Shown: positions 24,200-34,982, numbered from the stretch's first letter. The stretch: 64,000 nt of DNA from Muribaculaceae bacterium (GCA_017964485.1 JAGCRW010000039.1:1365-65364), one strand, 5' to 3'. The notes: generated by a model not told the origin, from the letters alone. Program-made: numbers and translations.

Positions 24200-26140
24200 A
24201 TGAGACTAAAGAAACAAACAAAACTGTTCAAGTGGCTGTTGCCGCTAATGCTGGTTCTGATGCTACCACAAATAGCGAGCGCTTACGACTTTAAGGAAAA
24301 TAAGCTCTGCTATAATTATAACGAAGATGGTACGAGTGTTACAGTTACGTATGAAAGACTACCGTCTTATTTTATGCAGAGTTCATATTTAAATCTCAGT
24401 GGCAATCTGAATATACCTGAGATTGTCACTCATAATGGCACAGATTATTTAGTGACAGCTATTGGCTACTCTGCTTTTGAGTATTGCACAGGCTTGAACT
24501 CGGTGGTGAGTATTCCAAACTCTGTTACATCGATTGGCAATGGAGCCTTTCATGGATGCAGTAACGTGAGCTCGGTGACAATCCCAAACTCAGTAACATC
24601 GATTGGCAATGGCGCTTTCAATGGTTGCGACGACTTGATTTCCGTGACAATCCCCAACTCGGTGACATCAATTGGCGACAATGTTTTTACTGCATGTGCA
24701 AGCTTAACCTCGGTGACCATCCCAAACTCTGTGACATCGATTGGCTATAGTGCTTTTAGTGCATGCATAGGCTTGACTTCGATAACCATCCCAAACTCGG
24801 TGACTTCAATTGGCAGTACAGCCTTCAATGGATGTACTAGCCTGACTTCAGTGACCATCCCAAACTCAGTGACTTCGATTGGTGAGTGGGCCTTCAGTGA
24901 TTGCACGAGTTTGAATTCAGTGACACTATCAGGTTATGGAGCATGGAATTACAACATTTCGAGTCATAATGGATTGGGCCAAATAATTAACCAGCTACGG
25001 ACTGTAATTATTGGCAGTGGCATTACTGTTTTAGGAGATTTTGGCTTCACACCAAATGTTGTAAACTGCTATGCTGAAAATCCACCAGTTTGTTCTGAGG
25101 GCACATTTGCCAACTATGATGGTGAACTTCATGTGCCAACAACATCTATAGCATCTTACTTTATGGCTGACTATTGGCAGAATTTCTATAATCTGCAGAA
25201 TGACCTCAGTAAAGTTGCACTTGATAAAACAAATGTAAATCTTGTTCAATGGGAAACATTAGCTTTAACAGCAACGGTCACCCCTCAGGGAGAAGGTGAG
25301 ATTGTTTGGAGCACAACTAATCCATCGGTTGCTACAGTCGACGAAAATGGCATAGTAACAGCGATAAATGAAGGTGAGTGTGATATATATGCTACTCTTG
25401 CTACGTCGAATGATGCTGCATACGCAAAATGCCATATTACAGTGTCCTATCCTGAGATTACTATTTCGCTCAGCGAAGACTCACTTGTGATGAACTTGGG
25501 AGATGAGCATGAGTTATTCGCAACTATCACCCCTGATGACACAGGTTTAATTCCAACTTGGTCTTCAAGCGATGAGAGTGTGGCTACTGTGGAGAATGGT
25601 GTTGTAACTGTTGTTGGTGATGGAGAGTGTGATATCACTGCCACAATTCTTGACAAGACAGCGACATGCCATGTGACAGTAATCAACAACTTGATTATCT
25701 CTCTCAACGTTGACAAGGCAATAATTGGAGCAAGCCAAATGTTGACAGTTTATCCCTCTTGCACTCCTGATGTGCCTGTTGATTTGGTTGTAACTTCTAG
25801 TGACCCAAGTGTGGCTGTAGCACGTGTGATTAACAACCCCAATGCTTCTAAAACACCAGCGTTGGCTGGCGAGAAAGCAATTATGATTGTTGGAGTACAG
25901 AGTGGTACAGCCACCATTACCGTGACCAATGCCGAAGGCCAGGCCGATCCCGCAGTCCTCGACCTACGAGTGGTAGATGTTGACGGCGACCGTACCATTA
26001 CTTCAACCGATATAACCTGCCTTTACAACTATCTCCTCAACGGCGACGACACCTACATCACTACCAGCGATACCGACGGAGACGGTTACATCACCAGCAC
26101 CGACATCACAATAATTTATAATCTCCTTTTGGGAAATTAA
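24200..26140 (+). CDS. BspA-type leucine-rich-repeat surface protein with Big_2-like Ig domains and a C-terminal dockerin-type module
   Basis: Signal peptide. Six near-perfect 23-aa repeats (S)VTIPNSVTSIG(x2)AF(x2)C(x2)L (LRR_5/BspA type). Three Big_2-like segments (e.g. VWSTTNPSVATVDENGIVTAINEGECDIYA). C-terminus VDVDGDRTITSTDITCLYNYLLNGDDTYITTSDTDGDGYITSTDITIIYNLLLGN (nt 25973-26137). Confidence 0.85.
   Translation: MRLKKQTKLFKWLLPLMLVLMLPQIASAYDFKENKLCYNYNEDGTSVTVTYERLPSYFMQSSYLNLSGNLNIPEIVTHNGTDYLVTAIGYSAFEYCTGLNSVVSIPNSVTSIGNGAFHGCSNVSSVTIPNSVTSIGNGAFNGCDDLISVTIPNSVTSIGDNVFTACASLTSVTIPNSVTSIGYSAFSACIGLTSITIPNSVTSIGSTAFNGCTSLTSVTIPNSVTSIGEWAFSDCTSLNSVTLSGYGAWNYNISSHNGLGQIINQLRTVIIGSGITVLGDFGFTPNVVNCYAENPPVCSEGTFANYDGELHVPTTSIASYFMADYWQNFYNLQNDLSKVALDKTNVNLVQWETLALTATVTPQGEGEIVWSTTNPSVATVDENGIVTAINEGECDIYATLATSNDAAYAKCHITVSYPEITISLSEDSLVMNLGDEHELFATITPDDTGLIPTWSSSDESVATVENGVVTVVGDGECDITATILDKTATCHVTVINNLIISLNVDKAIIGASQMLTVYPSCTPDVPVDLVVTSSDPSVAVARVINNPNASKTPALAGEKAIMIVGVQSGTATITVTNAEGQADPAVLDLRVVDVDGDRTITSTDITCLYNYLLNGDDTYITTSDTDGDGYITSTDITIIYNLLLGN
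24509..24922 (+). repeat. Six tandem 69-bp coding repeats (BspA-type LRR units)
   Basis: The DNA motif atcccaaactc.gt.ac.tc.attggc recurs every 69 nt and corresponds to aa 104-241 of the LRR protein. Confidence 0.8.
25973..26137 (+). other. Dockerin-type duplicated Ca-binding segment (LRR protein C-terminus)
   Basis: Two copies of D(x)DGD(x)(x)IT(S)TDIT(x)(x)YN(x)LL. Confidence 0.7.
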
Positions 26141-26164
26141 CCCATAACACATAACTTATAATCC

Positions 26165-26187
26165 AAAGGCGCCTCATCGGCGCCTTT
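26165..26187. terminator. Hairpin terminator between the convergent LRR and murF-alr genes
   Basis: AAAGGCGCC-tcatc-GGCGCCTTT: 9-bp GC-rich stem flanked by A and T runs. Confidence 0.65.
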
Positions 26188-26278
26188 GCTTGTCTTTTCT
26201 TTGACGGGACTTACAAGAATTTCCATGATTAACAAGATTTCTTGTTTATCATGTCTTATTTAGACATAATTGCAGTTT

Positions 26279-28762
26279 CTATTCTCTGAAATAGACGCGT
26301 TTCACTCTTGGTGAGATGCTTGTTAGGATTTCGTAGCCGATGGTGCCACGCACTTCGCTGAGTTGGTCGATGGGATTGTGTTTGCCAAAGATTTCCACTT
26401 TATCGCCCACTTCGCAATGCGCGTCGGTGACATCAATCATGCAGGCATCCATGCAAATGTTGAAAACCGTTGGGCACAGAGTGCCATTTACCCACACCTT
26501 GATGGCACCATTGCCAAAATGGCGGTCCATGCCGTCGGCATAGCCGATTGAGGCCGTAGCGATGCGCGAGTCGCGCTCAAGCACTCCACGGCGGCCATAG
26601 CCAATGGTTGTTCCTGCCTCCCAGTTCTTGATGGAAATAACCACAGCCCTGAGTTCTGCCACTGGCAGGATGGCATCTTCACTGCCGTCAAAGACAGTCT
26701 TAATTCCATAAAGTCCCACACCAACGCGAACCATATCCATCTGATACTCTGGGAAACGCACTATTCCACTGGTGTTGAGTATGTGCTTCATTATGTGATG
26801 CGAGAAGTTTGCCTGCAGTTGCGTGGCACATTCCTCGAAATATTCTACCTGGGCGTGAGTGTAATCGTCCTGTTCGGGCTCGTCGGCAACGCTCAAGTGC
26901 GAGAACACGCTCATAGGTATGATGACATCCTGGCTCAGAAGCAATTCAGCGAGTTCAGGAATCTGCTCCAAGGTAAAACCTAGCCGGTGCATACCACTAT
27001 CAATCTTGATGTGCACGGGGAAATTCTTAGCGCCATATTTGCGACCCTCTTTGATAAGCTGACGAGCCTCCTGGATGCTATAAACCTCAGGCTCGAGATA
27101 GCGGTCAAACATTGCCTTATAGTTCACCGTTGACGGGTTGAGCACGATGATAGGCAGTGTTATGCCCGCCTTGCGCAGCTCCACTCCTTCGTCCTGTACA
27201 GCCACAGCAAGGTAGGTAGCGCCACAGTCTTGCAGCGTTTTTGCAATCTCGTAGGAGCCTGTGCCATAGCCTGATGCCTTTACCATCGCAATGGTCTTGG
27301 TGCCATAGTTGACTTTTGACTTGAAGAACTTGAAGTTATGCGCCAATGCGTTAAGGTCAATTTCCTCAACCGTCTGGTGGCGACGCACCTCAAGCATTTC
27401 CACAATCTGGTAGAACTCAAAGTTAGACGCACCCTTCACTAGCACCGTCTCGTTGTCGAAGTCGCCTTGCGACATAGCAGCGAGAAAACTTGCTGTTGAC
27501 TCAAAGAACAAGTCCTTCCCTGAGTTGAAATACTTGCTGTAACGGCACATGTCGGGACCTATGCCAATAAGCCGTGTGATGCCTTTGCTGTTGAGCAGTT
27601 CGCTCACACGGATATAGAGCTCATCATCGGTGAAAGTCTCAGGCAACAAGTCACTCAAAATCACTGTAGTGTGCTGTTGAGAGTTACAGCGGCGAAGCAT
27701 AAAGTCGAGGGCTGGAGTCAGCGAGTTATAGTCGCTGGTGTAGCCATCGGCTATGATGGTGCATTCATTAACGCCCTCAATCACATTGATGCGCGTACCC
27801 ACAGGCGCCAGGCGCTTCACACGCTCAACTATCGTGTTGTGGCTCATGCCGAAGTAAAGCAGTACTGCCACGCAGGTGGCTACATTCTCCATGTCGCGGT
27901 CGCTAGTAAACGGAATGTCGAGAACAAATGTGTCGCCGTCATGCACACACTCCATCTTGGCGCGATTGTTGCGCTTAACAACCTTGTTGATAAATAAGGT
28001 CTTATCCTCATCTTTGCGTGACCATGCAATATCCTGCGCCACATAAAGAATCGGGTCGATGGTGGTTGTCACCAACTCATCGTCGGCGCAATAGACAATA
28101 CTCTCGCAACTAGTGAGAATTTTAGCCTTTTCTTCCACTTTCTCCTGCATCGACGCGAAGCCATCGTTATGTTCATCACCGATGTTGGTGATCACGCCCA
28201 CAGTGGGACGAATCATAGCCTGCAACCTTGCCATCTCGCCTGTGGTGGAAATGCCTGCCTCGATGATTGCGAGGTCGGTATTGTCGTCTATATCCCACAG
28301 CGACAGCGGCACTCCAATCTGCGAATTGAAACTGCGTGGTGAGCGCACAATGTGATAATCCTCGCTCATAAGCTGGTAAAGCCACTCCTTGACGGTGGTT
28401 TTACCACGGCTACCAGTAATACCGATGATGGGAATGCGGAAACGCTTGCGGTGGTAAGTGGCGATAGCCTGCATAGCATCGAGCGAACTCTCCACCCTAA
28501 GGAAATTGGCCTCGCGCATAGCGTTGATGTCGATATTGCCGCTATATTCAATGACAAAATTCCTCACCCCCTTGTTGTATAGATGTTTAACATAGCGGTG
28601 GCCGTCATCATTGCTAGTGGAGATAGCAAAAAACAGCGTCTCGGCAGGATAGGTCAATGACCGCGAGTCGGTGAGCAGCAGGCTCACCTCGGCCTTCTTA
28701 TTGCGCAACTCGCTGGTCTCAATACCAAGCACTTGTGCTATTTCTTGAATGGAGTATTTCAT
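26279..28762 (-). CDS. murF/alr: Bifunctional UDP-MurNAc-tripeptide--D-Ala-D-Ala ligase (MurF) / alanine racemase (Alr) fusion
   Basis: 827 aa. N-terminal Mur-ligase P-loop GITGSRGKTTVKEW. C-terminal alanine racemase with PLP-Lys motif AMVKASGYGTGS and a C-terminal beta domain. This fusion is common in Bacteroidetes. Confidence 0.9.
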   Translation of the reverse strand: MKYSIQEIAQVLGIETSELRNKKAEVSLLLTDSRSLTYPAETLFFAISTSNDDGHRYVKHLYNKGVRNFVIEYSGNIDINAMREANFLRVESSLDAMQAIATYHRKRFRIPIIGITGSRGKTTVKEWLYQLMSEDYHIVRSPRSFNSQIGVPLSLWDIDDNTDLAIIEAGISTTGEMARLQAMIRPTVGVITNIGDEHNDGFASMQEKVEEKAKILTSCESIVYCADDELVTTTIDPILYVAQDIAWSRKDEDKTLFINKVVKRNNRAKMECVHDGDTFVLDIPFTSDRDMENVATCVAVLLYFGMSHNTIVERVKRLAPVGTRINVIEGVNECTIIADGYTSDYNSLTPALDFMLRRCNSQQHTTVILSDLLPETFTDDELYIRVSELLNSKGITRLIGIGPDMCRYSKYFNSGKDLFFESTASFLAAMSQGDFDNETVLVKGASNFEFYQIVEMLEVRRHQTVEEIDLNALAHNFKFFKSKVNYGTKTIAMVKASGYGTGSYEIAKTLQDCGATYLAVAVQDEGVELRKAGITLPIIVLNPSTVNYKAMFDRYLEPEVYSIQEARQLIKEGRKYGAKNFPVHIKIDSGMHRLGFTLEQIPELAELLLSQDVIIPMSVFSHLSVADEPEQDDYTHAQVEYFEECATQLQANFSHHIMKHILNTSGIVRFPEYQMDMVRVGVGLYGIKTVFDGSEDAILPVAELRAVVISIKNWEAGTTIGYGRRGVLERDSRIATASIGYADGMDRHFGNGAIKVWVNGTLCPTVFNICMDACMIDVTDAHCEVGDKVEIFGKHNPIDQLSEVRGTIGYEILTSISPRVKRVYFRE

Positions 28763-28871
28763 ATTTAGTTTCTAGTTAAGAGTTAACAGTTAATAGTTGA
28801 AAGTAAAGAGTCTAGAGGGGAGAGTTGAGAGGGAAGAGTCGAGAGTGCTTTGTCCTAATACTTTTTACTTC

Positions 28872-29834
28872 TTACTTCATACTTTCTACTTTTATGTATG
28901 GGTATTCTTTCTTGAGATTGGCGATTACGGCTTGAGTATCGGCGTTGAAGCGTGCCACCACGTCGGGATTGTTGCTCATGGGGCGATGCTTGAGGCGCTT
29001 GCTCACGCGCTCGCAGCGGGCTATAGCCTGAGTGGAGCGATCATCAAAATAGGTGGCCTGAAACGTCTGCCAAATGTATTCAATCGCCGTCTCGCTGGGA
29101 TGCACCATGTCGGCAGAGTAAAATCGGTAGTCGCGCAGGTCATCCATCACAATCTCAAAAGCGGGAAAATACTCCACAAAGTCTTTGAACTGACGCACCA
29201 CGTTGTTGATGGCAACCCTTAGCACGGCTTTGCTCAACGAATTCATCTCCAGGCCGTCGGCAATGTGGCGGATGGGGCTTACGGTAAACAGAATCCTCAG
29301 CGACGGGTTGAACTCATGAAGTCGCTGCACGGCTCGCGTCAACGCCTCAGTAATCTCCTCAACGCTCGCTAAGCGGCGTGTGAACTCCTGCTGAGGCACT
29401 TTGTGGCAGTTAGTCACCACCTCGCCAGTGTCGCGGCGACGATACACCACTGCTGTGCCTAACGTGAGAATCAAAGTGTTGCACACCTTGAGATGCTCAT
29501 GGGCTTCGCTAATGCTAGCATTCATGCGCTGGAGAGCGGCGTCCTTGTTTGCCATCGAGAAACGAGAGTGGAAGTCATAACTGTTCCACACCCCACCGCT
29601 CATAAAAAGCTCAACTCCAGCAATCGTGGCATTATCAATAATCTTGTCCACGCCGGCGGCTATACTCAACGGGTTGAAAATGGTGCCGAAGGGGTTGACC
29701 AACACATCAACCATAGCATCGCGAAGCTTAGCGCCAATATTGTCGCTGAAGCACGACCCAATTAGCAACATCTTGTCGCTATGGCGCATGAAATGCTCGC
29801 CCTCGCGAGGGTGTATCATTGTTCGGAATTCCAT
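28872..29834 (-). CDS. GSCFA-domain protein
   Basis: Name-giving motif LLIGSCFSDNIG near the N-terminus. 320 aa, typical for the family. Confidence 0.75.
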   Translation of the reverse strand: MEFRTMIHPREGEHFMRHSDKMLLIGSCFSDNIGAKLRDAMVDVLVNPFGTIFNPLSIAAGVDKIIDNATIAGVELFMSGGVWNSYDFHSRFSMANKDAALQRMNASISEAHEHLKVCNTLILTLGTAVVYRRRDTGEVVTNCHKVPQQEFTRRLASVEEITEALTRAVQRLHEFNPSLRILFTVSPIRHIADGLEMNSLSKAVLRVAINNVVRQFKDFVEYFPAFEIVMDDLRDYRFYSADMVHPSETAIEYIWQTFQATYFDDRSTQAIARCERVSKRLKHRPMSNNPDVVARFNADTQAVIANLKKEYPYIKVESMK

Positions 29835-30041
29835 ATCTCAATACTTTATGATTGCAAAATTAATGATATTAACATAAAAAACAAAATTTTCTTTTCATCA
29901 TTTGAAAACTTGACAAGAAATGAAGAATAAGAAGCTTCCCTTTTTTTCATAAAATCAGCGACATGGCGGATTGAACGTGCCATGTCGCTGAGAATATTTA
30001 CTGTATGAGTCTATAGGGGTTTAGTTGCTTGATTGCAGAGA

Positions 30042-32513
30042 TTAGTTACCCATGCCGCCTTGTTGAGCGCCTTGTCCTTGACCACCACCTTGCTTGGTGC
30101 CACCCACCACGTCGTTGTTCTCGATGGTCTTATCGGTTTTTTTCACGCGTGCCTTGAGTGAACCAAAGCGGTAACTGATGCTAATTTTGAAACTACGCAT
30201 AGCGAATCGAATGTTGTTGAAACCAGTGTAGTCACCCTGTGTGGTGTAGCTCTTCATAGTGTTATATTTACTGGAGTTAGCAAAGTTGTCGGCACTTAGG
30301 CGCACTGTCAAGCGGTCTTCCTTGAGGAACGAGCGCTGCAAGCCTAAATTATAGAACCAAGCTCCAGTGTTATAGCCATAAAGTCCATCTATACCTCCGC
30401 TCCACTCGCCAACGCTAGCGCTGAGGCGAAGTTTCCAAGGCAGCTGCTGATTAAACTGTGCATAGAAGAATGAGTTCCAACGTTTGTTCTCAAGTCCCAA
30501 ATCCTCGCTCTTATAGCGGTTATGAGCAATATTGCCATTGAATACGAAACTTGTCTTTGGACCCATTGTCCACTGCATGAAACCATTGAGGCCTATGCTG
30601 CGAGTTTTGAGAGTGTTGGCATAAGTCGATACCATCAGGCCGTCTTCCTCATATTGCACACCTGTAATCTGATTGCTGCTGAACGAGATAAATGGACTTA
30701 CACTAAAGGTGAGCTTTGAACCCAACTGCATATAGGTGAGAGTGATAGAGTGATTGCGTGAGCTGCTCAAGTGGGGGTTACCAAACGAACGCTTCATTGG
30801 ATCCTCCTCAACTGCGGGATTCAAGTAGCTGATACCTGGGCGCTGAATGCTGGTCGAATAATTGAGCTTAAGGCTATGAGCCCAGTCAAATTTATATTCA
30901 ATACTCAAGTCGGGCACCCAATCGCTGAGGTTGCGGTGGTAGTTAGGCTGCTTGCCATCGGGGAACTCGGCATTGAGGCGGCTATACTCGTAACGCAGAC
31001 CCTCGCGAGTAGTCCAATTTCCCTTGCTGAAGGTGTGGCTCACATAGGCTGCTGCCACATGGGTGCGGTGGTTGAAGAGGGTAATATTGTCCATGTCGGG
31101 CATGCCAGTAAACTCATAGGCAGCCTCACTCTTATTCAAGCGGTTGATATACTTTACACCTGTCTCAAACTTGTGATACTTGGCAAAGGGACGAGTCCAG
31201 TCAAACTGGAAGGTGTGCTCTGCAAAGTTCTCTTTGGCGTCATTGACTTGACCAGTGTAGGGGAACGGACAATTTACCATGTCGCTGAAAGTGGTGATTG
31301 TCTTGCTAGCATTATGGTTGGTCGATAGCATATAACTCAGAGTAAGAGTCTCACCATAGTGGCGGGTCTTGTGTTCATAGTCAAGACGACCGTGAAAATC
31401 ATAAAAGTCACCTTTAGGAGCATGGCCTGTGGTTGTGTATTTGTACAGAATGTTGCCGTTGCGGTCGGTCATTTGAGCATTGTTCACGCCATCACCACGG
31501 TAATCGTAATAGAAACCACCAAACGAGAGCGACACAAGATTAGTGGTATCGGGCTCCCAGCTGGCACTGATGTCTCCATAGTGAACATTCACCTTAGCAC
31601 GCGAATCATTGTAGCTCGACAGGGTATTGCCGCTGCTCAGGTAGTTGGTCTCGCTCTCCATGATGTTGTGAGAAGCGTGACGGTTCCTGCTCTGATAACC
31701 ATAATTGATTGCAGTCACCACTTTGCCCACTTGTGCAGTGATATTGGCACTGCCATTCAAGCTGCCGGTGTTGTCAACGCCCACACCCAGAGTTCCTGTA
31801 ATTCCGTTCATCTCTCCGCCATCGGCCATGACTATATTGAGGATGGCGCTGGTGCCCTCGGCATCATATTTCGCTCCTGGGTCGGTAATCACCTCAATCT
31901 TCTTGATCATGCTTGCGGGAATCACCTTGAGAATCTCTTTCATGTTCATGCCGCTAAGGCTTGGATCGGGATGACCATTGCGGTAAACCTTGAACGACGA
32001 CGAACCTTTAACTTTAATCTCGTCCTGGCCATCAACGGTAACCATAGGCACCTTCTTAATCATGTCGAGGACTGAGCTTGTCTTGCTGTCGGCATCGGCC
32101 TGCACATCATAGGAGAGGCGGTCAATCTCGGTCTTAACAAGTTGTCGTTGGGTGCTCACCACTACCTCTTTAAGCATTGTGGCTGAAGTGGAGAGAACTA
32201 TCGTTCCCAACTGGGCAACTGGTGCCTTTGAACTTACCTCAAAAGTGCGGCTCTCTTCGGTCATACCCACGAAGCAAATCTTCATCAGGTAGGAGCCTGG
32301 CTTCGAGATTTTGTGATCTACAACTCCAAAAGCGTCACTCACGTCGCTAGCAACCACCTTTGAGGTGTCGTTGCTGTTATAGAGGTAGATTGTGGCGAAC
32401 GGAATTCCCTCGCCCTCGCTGTCGTTTACTTGACACTGCACTGCCATAGGCTGCTGCGCAAGAGCAATAATTGCGCAGAGTGCCGTAAAGATGATTACTA
32501 AAACTCTTTTCAT
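30042..32513 (-). CDS. Outer-membrane receptor (CarboxypepD_reg-like N-domain + plug + OMP_b-brl_3-like barrel)
   Basis: Signal peptide, N-terminal beta-sandwich (VNDSEGEGIPFATIYLYN...), plug-like VTVDGQDEIKVKGSSSFKVYRNG, long barrel, and a Gly/Gln-rich C-terminal tail. Confidence 0.75.
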   Translation of the reverse strand: MKRVLVIIFTALCAIIALAQQPMAVQCQVNDSEGEGIPFATIYLYNSNDTSKVVASDVSDAFGVVDHKISKPGSYLMKICFVGMTEESRTFEVSSKAPVAQLGTIVLSTSATMLKEVVVSTQRQLVKTEIDRLSYDVQADADSKTSSVLDMIKKVPMVTVDGQDEIKVKGSSSFKVYRNGHPDPSLSGMNMKEILKVIPASMIKKIEVITDPGAKYDAEGTSAILNIVMADGGEMNGITGTLGVGVDNTGSLNGSANITAQVGKVVTAINYGYQSRNRHASHNIMESETNYLSSGNTLSSYNDSRAKVNVHYGDISASWEPDTTNLVSLSFGGFYYDYRGDGVNNAQMTDRNGNILYKYTTTGHAPKGDFYDFHGRLDYEHKTRHYGETLTLSYMLSTNHNASKTITTFSDMVNCPFPYTGQVNDAKENFAEHTFQFDWTRPFAKYHKFETGVKYINRLNKSEAAYEFTGMPDMDNITLFNHRTHVAAAYVSHTFSKGNWTTREGLRYEYSRLNAEFPDGKQPNYHRNLSDWVPDLSIEYKFDWAHSLKLNYSTSIQRPGISYLNPAVEEDPMKRSFGNPHLSSSRNHSITLTYMQLGSKLTFSVSPFISFSSNQITGVQYEEDGLMVSTYANTLKTRSIGLNGFMQWTMGPKTSFVFNGNIAHNRYKSEDLGLENKRWNSFFYAQFNQQLPWKLRLSASVGEWSGGIDGLYGYNTGAWFYNLGLQRSFLKEDRLTVRLSADNFANSSKYNTMKSYTTQGDYTGFNNIRFAMRSFKISISYRFGSLKARVKKTDKTIENNDVVGGTKQGGGQGQGAQQGGMGN

Positions 32514-32604
32514 TTTATCTATATTTTATTTGCTTTTTTGTTCATTAGACGCAAAAGCAGTGCATTTTATTTCATTGATTTTTCTGAAAATATCTTAACA
32601 AAAG

Positions 32605-32967
32605 TTATTTGTCAAGATAACCTTGATACATCTCTTGTAGTTCGCTGGGGGCGATTCCTACTGCTTTGAGTTGCCCAAAGAAATAGTCCATCTCACCCTT
32701 CATAAGTTGCTCACGGCGAATGGCGACGATACTTTCCTTTGCGTCAGGGCTTACAAAGTAGCCCAGTCCGCGTTTGGTATAGATTATGCCATTCTGCTGC
32801 AGGTAATCATAGGTTCGAGCCACGGTATTGGCGTTGACCTCAATCTCTGCTGCCAGTTCGCGCACGCTGGGAACCTTGCTTTCTGGGGGTAAAGCCCCCG
32901 AGATAATCAGGTCGCCAATGCGATCGGCAATCTGCAGATATATTGCTTTATTATCCTTGAAGTTCAT
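32605..32967 (-). CDS. GntR-family (YtrA-subfamily) transcriptional regulator
   Basis: 120 aa. wHTH KVPSVRELAAEIEVNANTVARTYDYLQQNGIIYTKRGLGYFV. Last gene of an ABC operon, as in YtrA-type systems. Confidence 0.85.
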   Translation of the reverse strand: MNFKDNKAIYLQIADRIGDLIISGALPPESKVPSVRELAAEIEVNANTVARTYDYLQQNGIIYTKRGLGYFVSPDAKESIVAIRREQLMKGEMDYFFGQLKAVGIAPSELQEMYQGYLDK

Positions 32968-32970
32968 ATC

Positions 32971-33816
32971 TTATTTCCACCATTTTAATGAAACAACATC
33001 TTTGCGCTTGAAAAGAATCCATGACAATGCGATAGATACAACTGCCAAAACAGTAGAGATGACACATGACAATTGGAAGAAAGCTCCAGATCTCATATAT
33101 TTTGTGAACCACATTCCAAAAGCTTTTGGATCGCTGAACATATTGATAAATACTACAAACAATATTATGAGAACACTCTGAATAATAAAGATTGTGACAA
33201 ATGTCTTAAGCACCGACAATCGAGGCCACACCACACTGCCAAGAAAATACATTGTGGCATTTGCTATAGTTCCAATAAACATACTTATTGCCATCCATTG
33301 TGTCATATCATTAGATTGAGCCGACAGATTAAATATGTTCAAGAAATTTATGGGACCTGGCACAACAAAATTTTTGTCCTCAAAGGGCTTCAGCACGGCG
33401 ATGCGAGTGAGATCGGCAAGTTGAGCACAAGCAAAGAATAACACAAACATTGCCACCACATAGATTAGGAAATTGACGATATACTTCTCGAGAGACGAAG
33501 ACGGAGACATCATCAAACTTGTGCGACCAGCCTTGGTCGTCAGGCCTTTGAAAGCCATCGATGACATGACACAAACCACTACTGTAAAAATCATGAACAC
33601 AAGTAATTGTGGGACTTTTCCTGTCATAATTACGTGAATCTCGTTTGGAGTATGCTGCGTTAAATTGCCCAAAAGCATGATTATTGTAAGAAGGGCATAA
33701 ATGCCGATTATTGAGAACAGTATTGCGCGACGGTTTTCTACTAGCTCCTTGCGAAGTGTAGCCACGAAACGGCTCCAGTTGAAAGTTTGACTTACGGTAT
33801 TCATAGTTTTATTCAT
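32971..33816 (-). CDS. Multi-pass membrane protein (putative permease partner of the adjacent ABC ATPase)
   Basis: About six hydrophobic helices and no motif I recognise. Tightly packed between the ATPase and GntR genes (2-3 nt gaps). Confidence 0.5.
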   Translation of the reverse strand: MNKTMNTVSQTFNWSRFVATLRKELVENRRAILFSIIGIYALLTIIMLLGNLTQHTPNEIHVIMTGKVPQLLVFMIFTVVVCVMSSMAFKGLTTKAGRTSLMMSPSSSLEKYIVNFLIYVVAMFVLFFACAQLADLTRIAVLKPFEDKNFVVPGPINFLNIFNLSAQSNDMTQWMAISMFIGTIANATMYFLGSVVWPRLSVLKTFVTIFIIQSVLIILFVVFINMFSDPKAFGMWFTKYMRSGAFFQLSCVISTVLAVVSIALSWILFKRKDVVSLKWWK

Positions 33817-33818
33817 TT

Positions 33819-34655
33819 TTAGGCGTTAAATAATTGGTTGATAGCATCGGGATTTTGAAGAGTTGCGTTGAAGAGCATCTCCAGGTCAACGACTGTCTCT
33901 TCATCGGGTTGGGCAGGAACGACTACCAGCGATCCCATAACTGATTGCTGCACGAAGATAGGTTGATCTCCTGCTTGCATAGGACGGAATGCCAAGCGGC
34001 TCATCACACTAGAGATGGGAGCATTGAGCAACACTTTGCTGTGGTCGATGATTGTCACATGGTCAAGAATTTCACTGATGTCACGCACTTGGTGAGTAGA
34101 GATAAGCATCATCTTGTCGTCGGTCATGCCACTGGCGACCACTTTGCGGAACTGGCTCTTGCTTGGGATGTCAAGACCGTTGGTAGGCTCATCCATAATG
34201 AGCACGCGGGTGTTGGTTGCAAAGGCGAAAGCCAGGAAAACTTTCTTCTTTTGACCCATCGACAGCGAGTGGAGCTTCACATCCATGTCGTCACCCATCT
34301 CAAAGATGTCGAGGTAGCGTTTCAGGTCATCCTCCGAGAAATTGGGATAGAACGGTGCGTTGATACTCACGTAGCGTTTCAATGTAAGATGTGGCAACTC
34401 AATTTCTTCTGGAATCAGGAAAATATCGCTCAAGGTTTTGGGGAGGCGGTCACGCACATTCACGCCGTCGAGTGTCACCTCGCCGCTCTTGGGAGTGAGC
34501 AGACCGGTCATCAGGTTGATGAGAGTAGATTTGCCAGCGCCATTTTTTCCTAATAGGCCATAAACATTGCCGGCGTTCAATTCTAGCGACAAATCGTGGA
34601 ACAAATCTCCACCGCGCTTTTTGTAACTGAAGTTTAGATTACTGATTGATAACAT
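33819..34655 (-). CDS. ABC transporter ATP-binding protein
   Basis: Walker A GKNGAGKST, signature LSMGQKKK, Walker B LIMDEPTNGLD. Confidence 0.9.
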   Translation of the reverse strand: MLSISNLNFSYKKRGGDLFHDLSLELNAGNVYGLLGKNGAGKSTLINLMTGLLTPKSGEVTLDGVNVRDRLPKTLSDIFLIPEEIELPHLTLKRYVSINAPFYPNFSEDDLKRYLDIFEMGDDMDVKLHSLSMGQKKKVFLAFAFATNTRVLIMDEPTNGLDIPSKSQFRKVVASGMTDDKMMLISTHQVRDISEILDHVTIIDHSKVLLNAPISSVMSRLAFRPMQAGDQPIFVQQSVMGSLVVVPAQPDEETVVDLEMLFNATLQNPDAINQLFNA

Positions 34656-34982
34656 AATAGTGATATTTTTAGATGATTGAATTGTTACTGAATTAGTGTA
34701 CTACTTAACTAGTACACCGCAAAGGTATAACAGAAATACCTCAACCTCCAAATTTCTTAACGTTTTTTAAGAATTTTCTTCTACCAAAGTGTTTTTGCAG
34801 GTATCAATTCTAATTGTCGCTACAACATATATGCGGCACAAAGGACCTTTCCCCTACCAACTATTAACTATGAATTGTGAACTCTTAACTATGAACTAAA
34901 AATATCATAAATAATATAATAATGTGGCGGCGGTTTACACTAAAAGCATTAACTTCGCAGTTAATAATAAAAAGTTATTGCA

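Noticed and set aside
24509-24922. Regular 69-bp tandem repeats (and the short tandem units at 43867-43935) as a possible CRISPR array
   Set aside because: The 69-bp units are in-frame LRR coding repeats without unique spacers. The 7- and 17-nt units are contiguous without spacers. There are no cas genes in the window.
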